In this document: positions 40,451 through 52,690 of the stretch, in pieces
Layout of the letters: each line of letters begins with the position of its first letter
Position numbering within the stretch: position 1 is the stretch's first letter
Source: Camelus ferus
Taxonomy: Eukaryota
Direction of reading: 5' to 3'
Length of the DNA: 64,000 bases
Assembly (NCBI RefSeq): GCF_009834535.1
Contig: NC_045696.1
Coordinates: 45,200,001-45,264,000 of the forward strand
Made by a program: the position numbers and the translations under genes
The notes under the pieces: generated by a model
Told to the model about the DNA's origin: nothing
Databases searched by the model: none
Seen by the model: only the letters and a program-made list of their open reading frames with translations

Positions 40451-41819
40451 ATGAATTCCAAACTCTTAAAATGAATTATTTTCCCCTGAATAGGTACACC
40501 AAATGCGATCTTGAATCCCCGAACCTGTCATGACTCAATCACACACTTTTTGACTTATATAGTACCTCTTATCTGATGAACTCAGAACACATCCATTTTA
40601 TTAATGTTTGTTCACAATATTCTCACGAACCACAAAGGGGGAATCTTTAAAGTTAAAGACAGAGAAACTAAAACCAGATGTGAATTACTGACATGACCAA
40701 GACCATGAACAAACCACCTGAATTTGACATAGAATTCACTTGTCTTCCCAACCAGCAACCTTCCCTTAGATCACATTGTCCATGTAGTTCTCAAGTGATT
40801 CACTTTGTTGATAAACTGGAATAATGCTGAATCTTACATAATTATGTTAACCAAGCAAGATTTAATGATTGTGTGATTCCTGTCCCTCCAGAGATGTGAT
40901 GGACATGTCATTATCATTCTTTAGTGAATTACTAAGCAGTGACACAAAAAGAGTGTAACTCCAAATGCCATCCTTTGGAGTTGGTATTGTGAATTCCGTA
41001 GTACAGTTTTCACTTTATCCTTCCTCAGAAATAACTGACACAAGAAGGAAAAAAGTTGCCAAAACAGTCTGTAAGCTGATTACAACAGTTCTAATAACAA
41101 AAATTCTGAGATTATAATCAACTTTTAAAGTAAAAGTCAAACTAATGCTTAAGCCAATAAGTAAAAATGATTCCTAATTAGTGTTTTTCATGGTGTACAT
41201 TGAATATTGTACTCTTTATGAAGGTGGAAAGTCAGATTCCCTTGTTAGACTCTGAATTGCTTTTATATAAGCTACCTGTTTGATAATGAGAAATAGAAGC
41301 ATTTGAACCTTCACCCACTTTAAGTCACAGGAATAAAGTCAGTGAGTGGCCTGACATTTCTTGGAGAGTGCCTGATCTTCAGATAATATGTGTAGACACA
41401 TTTGAATAGATTTTAAATTATCAGTAGCTTGTGATTATGCAGTCAGGTGAATTATAGTTAGAAGATGTATGAAATTCTGCCATTCAATGGTAGTGTTAGT
41501 TCAATGACAAAAGTCATTGAACTTGTAATGGCTCAGAAGGAATCTATACAGCAAAATGGCATTTGTTATCACAAACATAAAATCCAAGCTTCAGCTCATG
41601 TCGGATGTGTAATGGTGTATGAATAAATATTTTATGATTATTATACCATTAAAAACCAGCAGTTGGTAAGTGTTTTAAAATGTGGGTGACCTCACTAAGC
41701 CTGTAGAAGTAAGCCTAAATTGGTAAACTTTAAGCTTAATTTAGTCATTTTACATATTCAAAAAAAGATTAAAAATTATCTATGCCCTTCCAATGACAGA
41801 AAAATGTATGAAAGGGGAC

Positions 41820-42000
41820 ATGGTGAAACAGAAAGAATACAGAAACAGAAGATAGGAAACCTGACTCCTAGTTGGGTTGGACATGTGACCTTGGATTATA
41901 ATTATCATACATATTTTCCTCATTTAAAAAATGGTGTTAATGAGTGTAACAATTGTAAGTGAAATGATAAATGTATAAAATGCTAAGAAACCCCAAAACA
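41820..42000 (+). mobile_element. MIR remnant
   Basis: atgtgaccttgga...ttttcctcatttaaaaaatgg...aaatgataaatgtataaaatgct. Confidence 0.6.
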
Positions 42001-42479
42001 TGATTATCTTAGTAAAATTTAGATGTGCACATGGGACATTACCATGTAGTCTCATGGTTATCCTGGTTAATATTTATTTTTATTCATTTATTTTTAATTA
42101 CAATTACATTTTTTTACCTACTTGCAAAAACATTCTCCATAGGAAACAAATAGTTTTCCAACAGTTGATGCATTTATAGCCACATAATCAGACACGGTGT
42201 GAAAGATATGACTGTGGATGAGTTAGCTGTATGCGCCTGCATATTCCATATAGCCAATGAGGTGTTACTACAAGCACAAGTACCAGCAAACCCTGGCAAA
42301 CGTTATCAATTTGCTGTTTGGTGAAAACCACTATTTGGCACAGGTAACGTTTTGCATTTCTTACACATATCCTCTTGCAGTACTATGGGAATTTGGAACT
42401 GGTATTTAGTAAACTGTTCACAGTAAGTGTTTTAAAATGTTCAATGATAAATAAAAGTTCCTGATGGATGAAGCACGAG

Positions 42480-42900
42480 TACCTAGTCACGTGATGTGTG
42501 GGTCACGTCACTTAGTCACATATCTGGAAGTGACTGATTTATTCATCCAAGGAGTTGTTTCCAAGTCATGCAACTGCTTTGAGACCATGACTGATTTACA
42601 CTCTCAGGAAACGGTGAATGGTTCATGCACTTGATTTATAAGATCCATTAGTGACTTATAATTCCTCCAGCTGAGGCAGAAGTCAGTGCTTTATACTTGG
42701 GATGTAAATATCTGTTTTGTTAATAAGATTGATTTATTTTACTTGTTTGTGTACACAGACTTTAAATTTTAGCCAGAGTCTTGCTCTAAATCCCTTTGAT
42801 TCAATAACAGGTCTCTTCTCTATTGTGTAATTACAGTTTATTTTATGGAAACAGCTATTGCAGGCTGCACTATATTCTTTCAGAACATTTTTCTCTGACC
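42480..42900. promoter_or_regulatory. Candidate enhancer (motif-dense non-repeat sequence)
   Basis: GTCACGTGAT 42486, GTCACGTCA 42502, GGAAGTGA 42526, four TGATTTA(T/C) at 42535/42592/42632/42730, TGTAAATA 42703, CCTTTGAT 42793, TTTTATGG 42841; motif evidence only. Confidence 0.35.
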
Positions 42901-43326
42901 AAGATATATTCTTTGCTTATTTCTTTTTTCTTTTAGAGCCAAATATACAAGTCTCTACTTGCTTTGCCTGTCACCTCTTGTTCTCTGTTCTCATCATTTA
43001 AAAAAATGCCTACAATAGCAGCTGGCACTTTGAGGCTTTAGCTGCCACTTCAGGAGCCAAAAGCTGGCTTCATGTTGGCCTTGTGAATGTTATTGCTTTA
43101 CATCAGCTTGTCTCATGAGGGCACTGGTACCGGCCCCTGGAGGACACATGGCTGGCAACCAGTGCAGAGCAAGCTGAAAAGAGAGGGGTCGGGCATGGCG
43201 TCAAGTGACCTTGCTGCAGACACTCACCTTGAAGAGGGCAGCAAGGTCAAGAGTTTAAGAGCACCTAGGTCTGATTTTTGTTTCTGAAATTCTTAGAACT
43301 GAAGGCACCTAAACTCATGACTAAGG

Positions 43327-43451
43327 AAATATAAATATAAATATAAATATAAATATAAATATAAATATAAATATAAATACAAATATAAATATAAATATAT
43401 AAAAATATATAAAGTAAATATATATATATAAAAAATTATATATATTCATAT
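43327..43451. repeat. (AAATAT)n / AT-rich microsatellite
   Basis: Directly visible; source of the FIFIFI ORF. Confidence 0.95.
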
Positions 43452-43494
43452 GGTGATCAGATAATTGGAAGCCAACTGTTGCCAATTCTGAGAA

Positions 43495-43720
43495 ATAATA
43501 ATAGTGGTTAATATTTATTGAGTGTTTACCGTATGCCAGATACTTTTCTAAGGGCTTTACGAATATAAACTCAATCGGCACAACAATCTTTTGAGGTAGA
43601 TGCTAATAACACCTTTTTCAGAGAAGGACAGGAACCCAGAAATGTTACATATCCTACCAAGTTCACACAAAGAGAAAGTGACAGGGCCAGGAATGAAATG
43701 CACCCTGTTCTCTACAGTCT
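43495..43720 (-). mobile_element. MIR SINE
   Basis: aatatttattgagtgtttaccgtatgccagatactttt...acaatcttttgaggtaga...ccaagttcacaca...gacagggccaggaatgaaa. Confidence 0.85.
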
Positions 43721-44364
43721 CTCCTGAAAACAGAGAAGGTGGGAAATTGGCCTCAGACCCAGAAAAGAGAGAATGAAAGCAAGAAAGTGTGAGAATTTCA
43801 GAATCTCAGAATTTCAGCCGAGTGTCCTGATCTTTAAGGTGGAGGCTAATTCTCTGAGGGGTGAAGAGCCTGAATTGTGTTCAAGGGAACCAACTGGAAC
43901 TAAGGACAAGATCTATAGGCTGCTCACTGAGATGTGGGCAATTAGGGGCAGGCTAGAAAAGCACTGGGATCAGAGTTCATTCATCAGATGGTTCAGGCCT
44001 GTAGTGAAGAGCACCAAGTGCTATGCCTGGATTAGAGCTGACTCAGTAAGACTTCATTAAGTAAACACTGTTGAAAGAAAGAGACTTGGGGATAGACACT
44101 CCAATCTATTGCCGGAATTCTGAAGTGCCATGAAGTCTGTGAACACAGGCTCTTTGCACACTGATAAATTGGGTGAGGAGCAGAGAAGGACGAGGAAATG
44201 AATTAAGGTAGATGTTTACCACTGACAATTTAAAAAACACACACTTTTTAATGTTCTTGTCGTAAACCCACTGGGTAAATGTCAGCTTTTAAAATCACTT
44301 AAATTATAAAATCAATTCATTACTATGGTTAAAGTAAATGTCCATGTTTAAAGACAGAACTTTT

Positions 44365-44745
44365 CTCTTCCTGCCATAGAATAGCTGGGCTTGGACTTAA
44401 CCTCTCGTCATAAACAACTAGAAAACTGTACGAAATACATGAAACATCTGTTTTCAGACACTGGCATCAGGCAGAACAGGTCTGAGAACAGGTCTGAGCA
44501 CGTGAGGTACACTTTCTGTCTGGACGCTGTCTCTGGATCTCAAGCCAAGCTCCGTGGTCCTCGGGAATCGAAGAGACAGAGGTTGTAGGTAGGAAGAGAC
44601 AGGTGACTTGAATTTGCAGGACACATTACAAGACAGAAGGGAGCTAGACAGAGAAAGAATTCCAGAAATCTGCCCAGGAATCATTTTGAATCTTTGCCTG
44701 AATTCTGATCTGTGTATGTGTAGGGTGTCGCTCAACATGTATAAC
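44365..44745 (+). mobile_element. Old L1MC/L1MD-type 5' region
   Basis: aaacaactagaaaactgtacgaaatacatgaaacatctgttttcagacactggcatcaggcag; contains a 12-bp tandem duplication gaacaggtctga x2 at 44474-44497. Confidence 0.7.
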
Positions 44746-44814
44746 CCAAAACACAACCAAACAAATTAAAGTCAGTTACAGAGGAGCATGCGTTTGAGGG
44801 TGGTCTCTTATATT

Positions 44815-46040
44815 AAGAGTCATGATCCTTCACTTCGTTTCCATACCTGAGCCAGTTTTCAGATCCAGAACCCACTGGCTGGGTCTCTGGGAGGAAGCAG
44901 CCTGCAGGTCTGCGGCAAATGTGTACAAGCACAAGTCTCCCAGCTCCTCCCGGAAGAAGCCTGCGGCCATCTACTTGGGCACGTGTCTGCTGTGGGGAGG
45001 ATTCTAGGACACAGGGTCTGAATTGACACTGACACCTAGACGTTAAAAGCACCCTCACGTGCCGATTCAGAGTGGGGGCCTGTGGGAGACAGGGCACAAA
45101 CAGAGTCCTGACTCAAGTCTGGCTCACTGTGGACCCACTGTAGTTATTCCCTGAGTTTCTGAGTGTATAGCTGGAATTTCTGCATTTGGCAGTTGAATTA
45201 ACATAAAGTCCCTGGTCTCCGGGGTAAATTATACACATAGTGTGGAAGGCATAGCTGTGATCACGGCTATTTCATGTTTAAATAAGGGGGGGGGGGGTCT
45301 ACAGTCACTTCCCGCGATTCATCTCTTTCTGTAGGGGCCAGACTGGCACATTAAATGGAGCTATGAGAGGGACCACCACTCCTGCCTCCCTTTGTTTCTA
45401 ACGGTGACACAAATCTCTGCCACAACCCCACTCTTACCCTGGGATACAATATTGTTTATCAGAAACGCCGCATTACAATTATATCATGCTGACTGGACAG
45501 AAAAAGTAAGAGGTAGTTAATATGCTGGTGGCCTTGGTAAGACATGCAGAGGGTGGGAGATAAATCCTGCATAGATGCAAGGAAGAGCCACTTGAATAAA
45601 GGTTTAAAGGGTCTAGTGGTCAGGGATATGCTGGAATATCCCTTCTAAAGTCAAAGACACATTGCTGCACCTTGCATCCCCTACTACAAAATAGCCTGGT
45701 AGGCTTCTTTACCTGGAGGTAATCTATTCCATGCCTAGAAACATGATCCATCCAAATACAGGGTGGCATGGAAAGCTGTTAGCTTTGTGTGGGGCTCCAA
45801 GCAGGTCCAGACTGCAGTGCAATCATCCTACTGCTTGGGCTGTACCATCTTGCAGAACTTTTGGTGATGGAAGTGTTAATGGTATGAACAGATCCAGCAT
45901 AGAAATTATGGTAAATGTCAGTGGGAGGGGCACAACACTGGCCCCTGGGATTCTGGAGCTCTCTGTGCTGTCCACAGGGTTTATGTTTCCAGGACCCTGG
46001 TAGAGACAGATTACTTGCCTAGGAAAATCAAGTGATGTAT
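44815..46040 (+). mobile_element. ERVL internal remnant (protease and RT)
   Basis: GAC ACA GGG TCT GAA TTG ACA CTG (DTGSELTL, aspartic protease motif) starting 45008; atcatgctgactgga...gggtgggagataaatcct (~IML.G...GWEINP, RT). Confidence 0.85.
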
Positions 46041-46556
46041 TATTGAGAAGCAAGTCTCTATGGGTCTCTGGCCTTCTGCATATTAGAGCAGACACACGAT
46101 TTTTGTTCTGGACTATCTTTCCAAGGATGTTTTTGTAGCAAAGAGCCTTCGCAAATTGAGATAGCAATCTCCCCACCTCTCTCTCTCATGCAAAGGCAGA
46201 TCTGTTTAATCTCTAGTATGATAAAGATACTATTTCCTTTCAAGACAAATATCAGGCAGGCTCACAGCCATCAGAAAACATTTAGATTCTTTAAGCTCTG
46301 AATCCTTCTCCTGTAACGCAACCCACTGCCACAGGCAGGTGTGACCTGGCTGTCTTCACATTGCCCTCTGGGAACTTATGGGGCTCAGAAAGCCAGGACA
46401 CATAGTGCTACTCTGCTGCCAACAATGCTGTGAGTAATAACATCCCTTGTCTCTTACCCAGGAATCTCACCTATTCTGTCAGAACCCATGAAACTGGCAG
46501 GGTATCTTGTTAGCTTACATGGAGAAGAAAATCTCATTTCCTTCAAAATTTTGACA
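46041..46556 (+). mobile_element. LTR40-type ERVL LTR
   Basis: tttgttctggactatctttccaaggatgttt..., ctcctgtaacgcaacccactgc, gctgtgagtaataa..., catgaaactggcagg..cttgttagctt, ends ttgaca. Confidence 0.85.
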
Positions 46557-47029
46557 ACCTTGACATCTAAGTGATCTTTTGTTGTTTATTCCTGAGTATA
46601 TTATTTTGTGGTTGACTCATAATGTGTGTTTTAAGTTTAAGGGATCTCTGTGGTTTTTAAGAAGCACTCATGCTCAACTAGGCCATCTTTTAGGGCATGA
46701 GACTTCTAAGCCCATGTCATCTTGATAGTAGAGATTTTTATCTCTTGGTTATATTCCTTCTTCTCTTGGACAAATGTTGTAACAAGAAAGGTTTCACAGC
46801 ACACAGGTCATGAAAATGTGTCACCAAGGCTCTAGGATGCTCAGAGAGTTTCATTTCTCTCATGCTGGGGCAGACCTTTTCTGTTCAGGTCTTTCTTACG
46901 CAAGCCCGTGAGTTTCATTTTTCTTTTGTAATTCCTCCCAAATAAAGAAGAATTCATATAAAATAAGAATCCATGTAATCAGTGTCTCCTAGGCTTGAAT
47001 TTTATTCTGAGGATTTTAGCAGAGCACTT

Positions 47030-47258
47030 GCAGGACATTTGATCCAGTCTAAAATGTCCATAAAAGATTTGGTCCATAAGACATTCGGTCCACACCAGAA
47101 GATCCTTGATATTCAGACTGTCCAAAACCATATGGCATAAACCAAATATGTTCATGGATGTTCTGAACAGGACCAAATTTCAAAGACTTTTTGTTATGGG
47201 CCAAAAGTCTTATGGACCATATATATCACTGACATTTTGGACAGTGCCAAATGTCTGC
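47030..47258. mobile_element. Fold-back / MITE-like element with long imperfect inverted arms (family unassigned)
   Basis: ~68-bp arms about 70% complementary by eye, perfect 13-bp core tggtccataagac 47070-47082 / gtcttatggacca 47207-47219. Confidence 0.6.
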
Positions 47259-47397
47259 TAACCAATCCTATATTATTTTACTAAGTATTAATACAAATTG
47301 AAACATAGATGTGAAGAAATACTGAGAATAGAGAACACAGTTCTCTGGCAGAAGAAAGTTGAATAAGCATTAAACACTTAAGCTGAATATTTAAAAC

Positions 47398-47940
47398 TGA
47401 AATTCCATTCTCTGTTATTTACCAAAGAGAAATGAAAACACATGTCCTCATAAAGACTTTACATGAATGTTCATAGCTGCATTATCATATTATCCCAGAT
47501 GAAAAACTACCAAATATTTGTCAACAGGTGAACAGGGAAACAAATTTTGGTATGTCCATACAATGCAGTGGCATTAGCAACAAAGCAAAACGAAATACTG
47601 ATTCATGCAACAACATGGATGAATCTCAAAAACTGAGTGAAAGAAGAAAGATTTTATATATATACACATACATACAGTATTATTCTATTCATGTGAATTT
47701 CTAGAACAGGCATCTACGATGACTGAAGACAGACCAAGAATTGTCTTCCAATGTGGGGTGGTAATTGTCAAAGGACAAGAGGGAACTTTTTGAAGGTGAC
47801 GCAAATGTTCTATAACTTGATCGTGATGGCAGTCACAAGGGTGTACACGTTTGTCAAAACTCATCAAACTAGACACTTAAAACAGATGCATTTCACTCTG
47901 TATAAATTATACCTCAATAAATTATTCTAAAAAGAAAAAA
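47398..47940 (+). mobile_element. Old L1M (L1MB/MC/ME-type) 3' end
   Basis: agagaaatgaaaacacatgtcc...gcaacaacatggatgaatctcaaaa...ttgtcaaaactcatcaaact...aaattatacctcaataaa. Confidence 0.9.
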
Positions 47941-48984
47941 ATTAAAATTATTAAAAATTAATGATTTTAACTGCCTTTATTTTAAATGTTATGTATTTGG
48001 AGTTAGAAATATATTTTGTATTGTGCAAGAGAAGATTCTGAGATGGATGCTGGACAGATTTGTGATAACCATGATGAAAACAGGGAAGGAGGTCCACAGT
48101 GACTGAATTTCAGTGAACTGAAACATGTGCTTAAGGACCAGAATGTTTAGTGATGTAAATAGCACTTTTATATAGGCAATTCCTTCTACTTTGTAAATTT
48201 ATACTTTTTCCTAATAAAAATTGATTTACATTAAAAATGTGAGTGCTGGTACTTCAGAAACTGTCCTGCCAGATGTGTTTACAGAGGCTGTACACTGTAT
48301 AACTCCAGGGGGTATCATTCACGGACATTGCAATATGATTTTACCACAATTTTACTTAGCATTAAAAGTCCTTTCCAAGCATCCTTGAGATACAGCTCCC
48401 TGAGGTTTTCTGACTTCAGGGCACCTTGGAGTCAAATGTTTTTATGGGCTTTCTTAGAGTCTGGCCCTGGTCTCCTTTCAAGAAAGCTGTCAGCTTGTAC
48501 CTTAACTGAGGAGCATTCCAATTGCTCTTTCAATGTCTGGTGCTTTTTTGTCATTACTGAACTGAAAAAAGGGGAGGGATTACAAGAAGGGCTGTGTGGT
48601 TGATTTGTTTCATAGCTCCTTACTGCAATTTTTACAATAAGGGGGGAGAGCTGTTTCTTCATTACATGTGACTAGTTTGTTTTAAAGTCCTTTTCTGATC
48701 GATAACTAGATTCTGTACATGATGTTTAAATTCATTAATTACTAAGTAGCTGTAGATTCTCTGAGCCTTTTATATCTGGGTCTCCGAGAAAGACCATGGA
48801 GTCAATGTTCCATTCTCTTCAAAAATACTAGTTTAATCTCATTTTGGTACAAAGGGATGAAGGTGATTTTCTCATATATGTATCAATGAAAGCAAACCCA
48901 GAACATTTGTTTTTAGGAATTTGAAGATTTCATTATATAATCAATTTCCCTGTCTCAAACAGTAATGGAAAATGTTAAATATTT

Positions 48985-49002
48985 TGTGTGTGTGTGTGTG
49001 TG
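48985..49002. repeat. (TG)n microsatellite
   Basis: Directly visible. Confidence 0.9.
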
Positions 49003-49032
49003 TTTTAATAAAATGTAGGACATAGGCTAAAG

Positions 49033-49231
49033 CATGGCTTTCAAGCCTTTTCTTAAAGGTCAAATAAGCTTGTGGGCCACACGGTGTCTGCTGCAACTAC
49101 TCAGTTCTTGTTACAGTAGCAAGGAAGCAGCCACATACACTGCTTAAATGAATACAGGTATCTGTGTTCCAATAAGACTTTATTTACAAAAACAGGTGGT
49201 TGGACCATGGGCCATAGTTTACAGACTACTG
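49033..49231. mobile_element. MER58A hAT MITE
   Basis: tgtgggccacacggtgtctgctgcaactactcag...tgtgttccaataagactttatttacaaaaacaggtgg...gggccatagttt. Confidence 0.9.
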
Positions 49232-51209
49232 AATTAAATACTATTTAAATTCCCCTAATAGTCTAACATGTTATAGTTCTACTTTAATGAATTAGAAAAT
49301 ATTTCAGAAAAATACTGTGTGGTTTGATAACAAAAGTTCCTTGTCAGAAAAATGGAAATACAAGTCTGTAAGATGAGATTTCACGTGACAAACCCTTTAG
49401 CATTAAGATTATTTTAGAAGTAAAAAATCCAATTTCTTACCTCTCTCACTATGTGCACTTTCAGGAAATGTATTGCATTTATTTCTTTGATAGGAATTAA
49501 GAATGGGTACTTTCAGAGTAAATGAGCTTGAAGTGCAAGGTGTATTTCAAGAAGGCTTTGATCAAGAGCCATGTTATATTATAATGATAAGATGTTAGCA
49601 TGAGTAATTTATGGAACACAAATTTAATATTCAAGTATGTCAAATTTAAGGCATAACCCACTTGACATTGTCACAGCTTATAAGTAACCTTTCTGGGGTG
49701 GTGTTTCCTTGATAAAATATTATGAAAATACATTCTGTTCTTTACAAAATGTAAATTCATCTCAAAGTACATTAAACTTGAATAAATAAATTTTTAATGA
49801 AACAGAAGGGTTGTTTTTGAAATTCACTGTTTTCTGACAGACTCTAAATGGCTTCATTTCTCCGTACTTACCCCTTTTTCATAAGGTCTATGAGTACTAT
49901 CCCGTGATTATTACATTCTGGGCAGCTTCTCGTATCTCTCTCAGAGTCTGAAGAAGGAATTAATGAGCAACAAGCCTGTAAGTTTCTTGCTCAACTTCTC
50001 CCATTAAGACAACTCATCAGAGATCACTCACAAACAGCTGTGTGCTGCAAGTCATAAGTGATAGGTCATGTGTGGTGACTAACATATGACTCTCAATCAG
50101 TATTCGTGAAGAGCTCCTCGTCAAGAGCACTATTTCCACTATGTGAGAAGCTATTTTAAAGAGCTCTATCATCACTGAGTTATCTGAGTCCTATGCAGCT
50201 TCTGCCAATTTAAAAAATGACACATGGGCAGGGGCTCATTTACTCCCTGGAGCCACAGGAAAATCTGTAAACCATTTTGGGGCTCCTAGACCCCCAGGGA
50301 CAGGGTTCATCAGGGCCTTAAATCATTTCCCCCTCTTCCTGAAGATATTTGCCTGATAAGTTTCATACAAAGTTCTGAAAGTGTCAGCAACAGAAGCAGA
50401 GAAGTCTTTTCCATCCTCCATCTCGATCTTCATTAATCTTTGATTTAGTGTAAGTAGATCCCTTCTTCTTGAAATTGTAGATTAGGAGACTTGGAGTTAG
50501 AGCCTTGGATGGCAATAATGCTGGGCAAAACAGAATGCAAAACTGGTCTGGAAGGCTCAGGGGGGAACTCATTCACATTTAAGATTTGGCTACTTCCTGG
50601 TTCCAGTCAGAGCTGAAACATCCACAAACATGAACACTTTCCCAAATTGCATTTTGGCTCATGCTTTTCCAGTTCCAGCTGGATTCAGGAAATGTGCCAA
50701 AAGGAAAAAAAAATGTATTGTGAGCAAGATTTTCTTTCTTAGCCTTTCTTTTTTTTCTTAAAGAACCTCCAGGACCCTGTTAATACTGTCAAACGGAGAG
50801 GCATGACTGCTTTTTCTTGGCACATATCAAGTCTTTAGAATTACACTCTCAGTCCCTTTGATAGAACCCAGAGTCAGATTGGTGTATGCTGGCAGGACGT
50901 GTGCATGTAATATGAGAAGCGTTGAGCCTTAGAGCCAGGAGTAGGGAAATGGGTGTTTGCAAATGGTAGCTGACAGAGAGTGTTGTCCCACCTTGGTTTC
51001 ATCCTGACTTATGTCTTTAAAGTATAGACTGTTAGCCCAGATCAGAAGACACCTCAAGTGTGATCTGTGTTTTTCCTTCCCATCAAACCTGTACATCCTG
51101 GTTTTCCCTTACAACAGTCATATACTATCTACAGGACCTTGGCCTTATTAATGGTTATCCATGAAGATATGATGTTAGCAATTCAAGAAAATGAAATTTA
51201 GGCAGTATT

Positions 51210-51780
51210 TCAGAAAATGGAATGGCAGTTTCATATAAAGCTAAACATATACCCACCCTAAGACCTAGCAATCCCATTCCTCGGTATTTACCCAAGACAA
51301 ATGAAAACACATATTCACTAAAAATCCTGTGCACAAATGTTTATAGTAGTTTCACTCATACTAGCAGCCCAAATGTCCATCAGTTGGTGAATAAACTGTC
51401 ATATGTTCACACAATGGAATAGTACTCAGCAAAATAAAACAAAATAAAATAAAATAAGACATGAACTACGAATACACACAACAACATGGGTAAATCCCAA
51501 ATGCATTATGCTGAGTGAAGGAAGGAAGGCTTGAAAGTCTATATACTGTTTGATTCCATTTATATGGCATTCTGGAAAAGCTGAAACAATAGTGACAGAA
51601 AGCAGATCACTGCAGATGGAGGTAAGAGATTGAGAAAGGGGAATGAGGGGAATTTTGAAGGTGATGGAAATGTTTTCTATTATGATTGTGTGGTGGTTAC
51701 ACTTCTTAGTGCTTGTCAAAAATCATAGAACTATATGCTATAGGGTGAATTTTCGTAGTATATAAATTATATCTCAAAAA
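51210..51780 (+). mobile_element. Old L1MB/L1MC-type 3' end
   Basis: gacctagcaatcccattcctcggtatttacccaagacaaatgaaaaca...cattatgctgagtgaagg...tataaattatatctcaa. Confidence 0.9.
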
Positions 51781-52589
51781 TTATATATATATATATCTTT
51801 AAAAAATCTGAGCTCCACTGCAGCAGTGAGAAACTTAATGTTCATTTCCTGTGTCTCTTCTGGTTTCTTTGTTTTAAAATCCACCTCCTCACTTTAGTCC
51901 CTTGCTCCCCAAACCAGCAATCTTGCTCTCCCACCTATTGTGACAAGCTAACCAGAATACTGATTGCTATGGACCAGTGCTTAATGTAACGCTTTCTCGC
52001 ACCCATTCAGTCTCCACCTGTCTCTTAGTACCCTGTTCTCTTTCTTGACAGCCTGGCTGTTTCTGAAATCCCCCACCCTCTGAGAACCAGCAGGAGACCT
52101 ACTTTTTTGATTCTGTCATTTAAACCCTCCAGAAAAGGTGGGTGGAACCCCAAATAATTCCCTTTGTCTTTCCAGTGGCTATGAAATGTAGACCTGAGCA
52201 ATTTATCTAGTCCACAGAGATGATAGATGACACACTGTGTGCCAGACATGGCTAAGCATGGGCAATCCACACTGGGTAAGGAGGTTAGTCACTGCCTTCA
52301 TGTTGTTCCTTGCCTGACACTGAAGAATCATAGAGATGATGATGATACATATCAGGAAGGAAAGAGAGTGATATTAGTGGTTAGTGCAGGGTTCACAACA
52401 CTTTTCCAGTCAAGACACACTATTTGATGTGTTAACATGTGATGGTAAGTGATTAGCAGGTGAGAGCAACAAAGAGGGCAGGAGATTAAAAACTCACATT
52501 AGGCTGTGGCAACTGGTAGGAAAGGGCTAGTTTTGAGGACTCACCCCATCTGGGACGCTGGGTAAGGCTGAGACCTGAAGGACAAGTTT

Positions 52590-52690
52590 TAGCAGCAACA
52601 GGAGTGGTAGCCCGGTGGCGGTGACGGCTGTAACAGTGGTAGCTATAGTAACAGCAGCAGTAGCGGTTGCAGCAGTCATGGCCGTAGTAA
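52590..52690. repeat. Degenerate (GCA/GTA/GTG)n low-complexity tract amid L2-like remnants
   Basis: agcagcaacaggagtggtagcccggtggcggtgacggctgtaacagtggtagc... Confidence 0.6.

Noticed and set aside
43321..43581. ORF with FIFIFI repeat
   Set aside because: Translation of the (AAATAT)n microsatellite and an adjacent MIR.
45286..45297. G12 run
   Set aside because: Homopolymer inside a decayed ERVL; no further structure.
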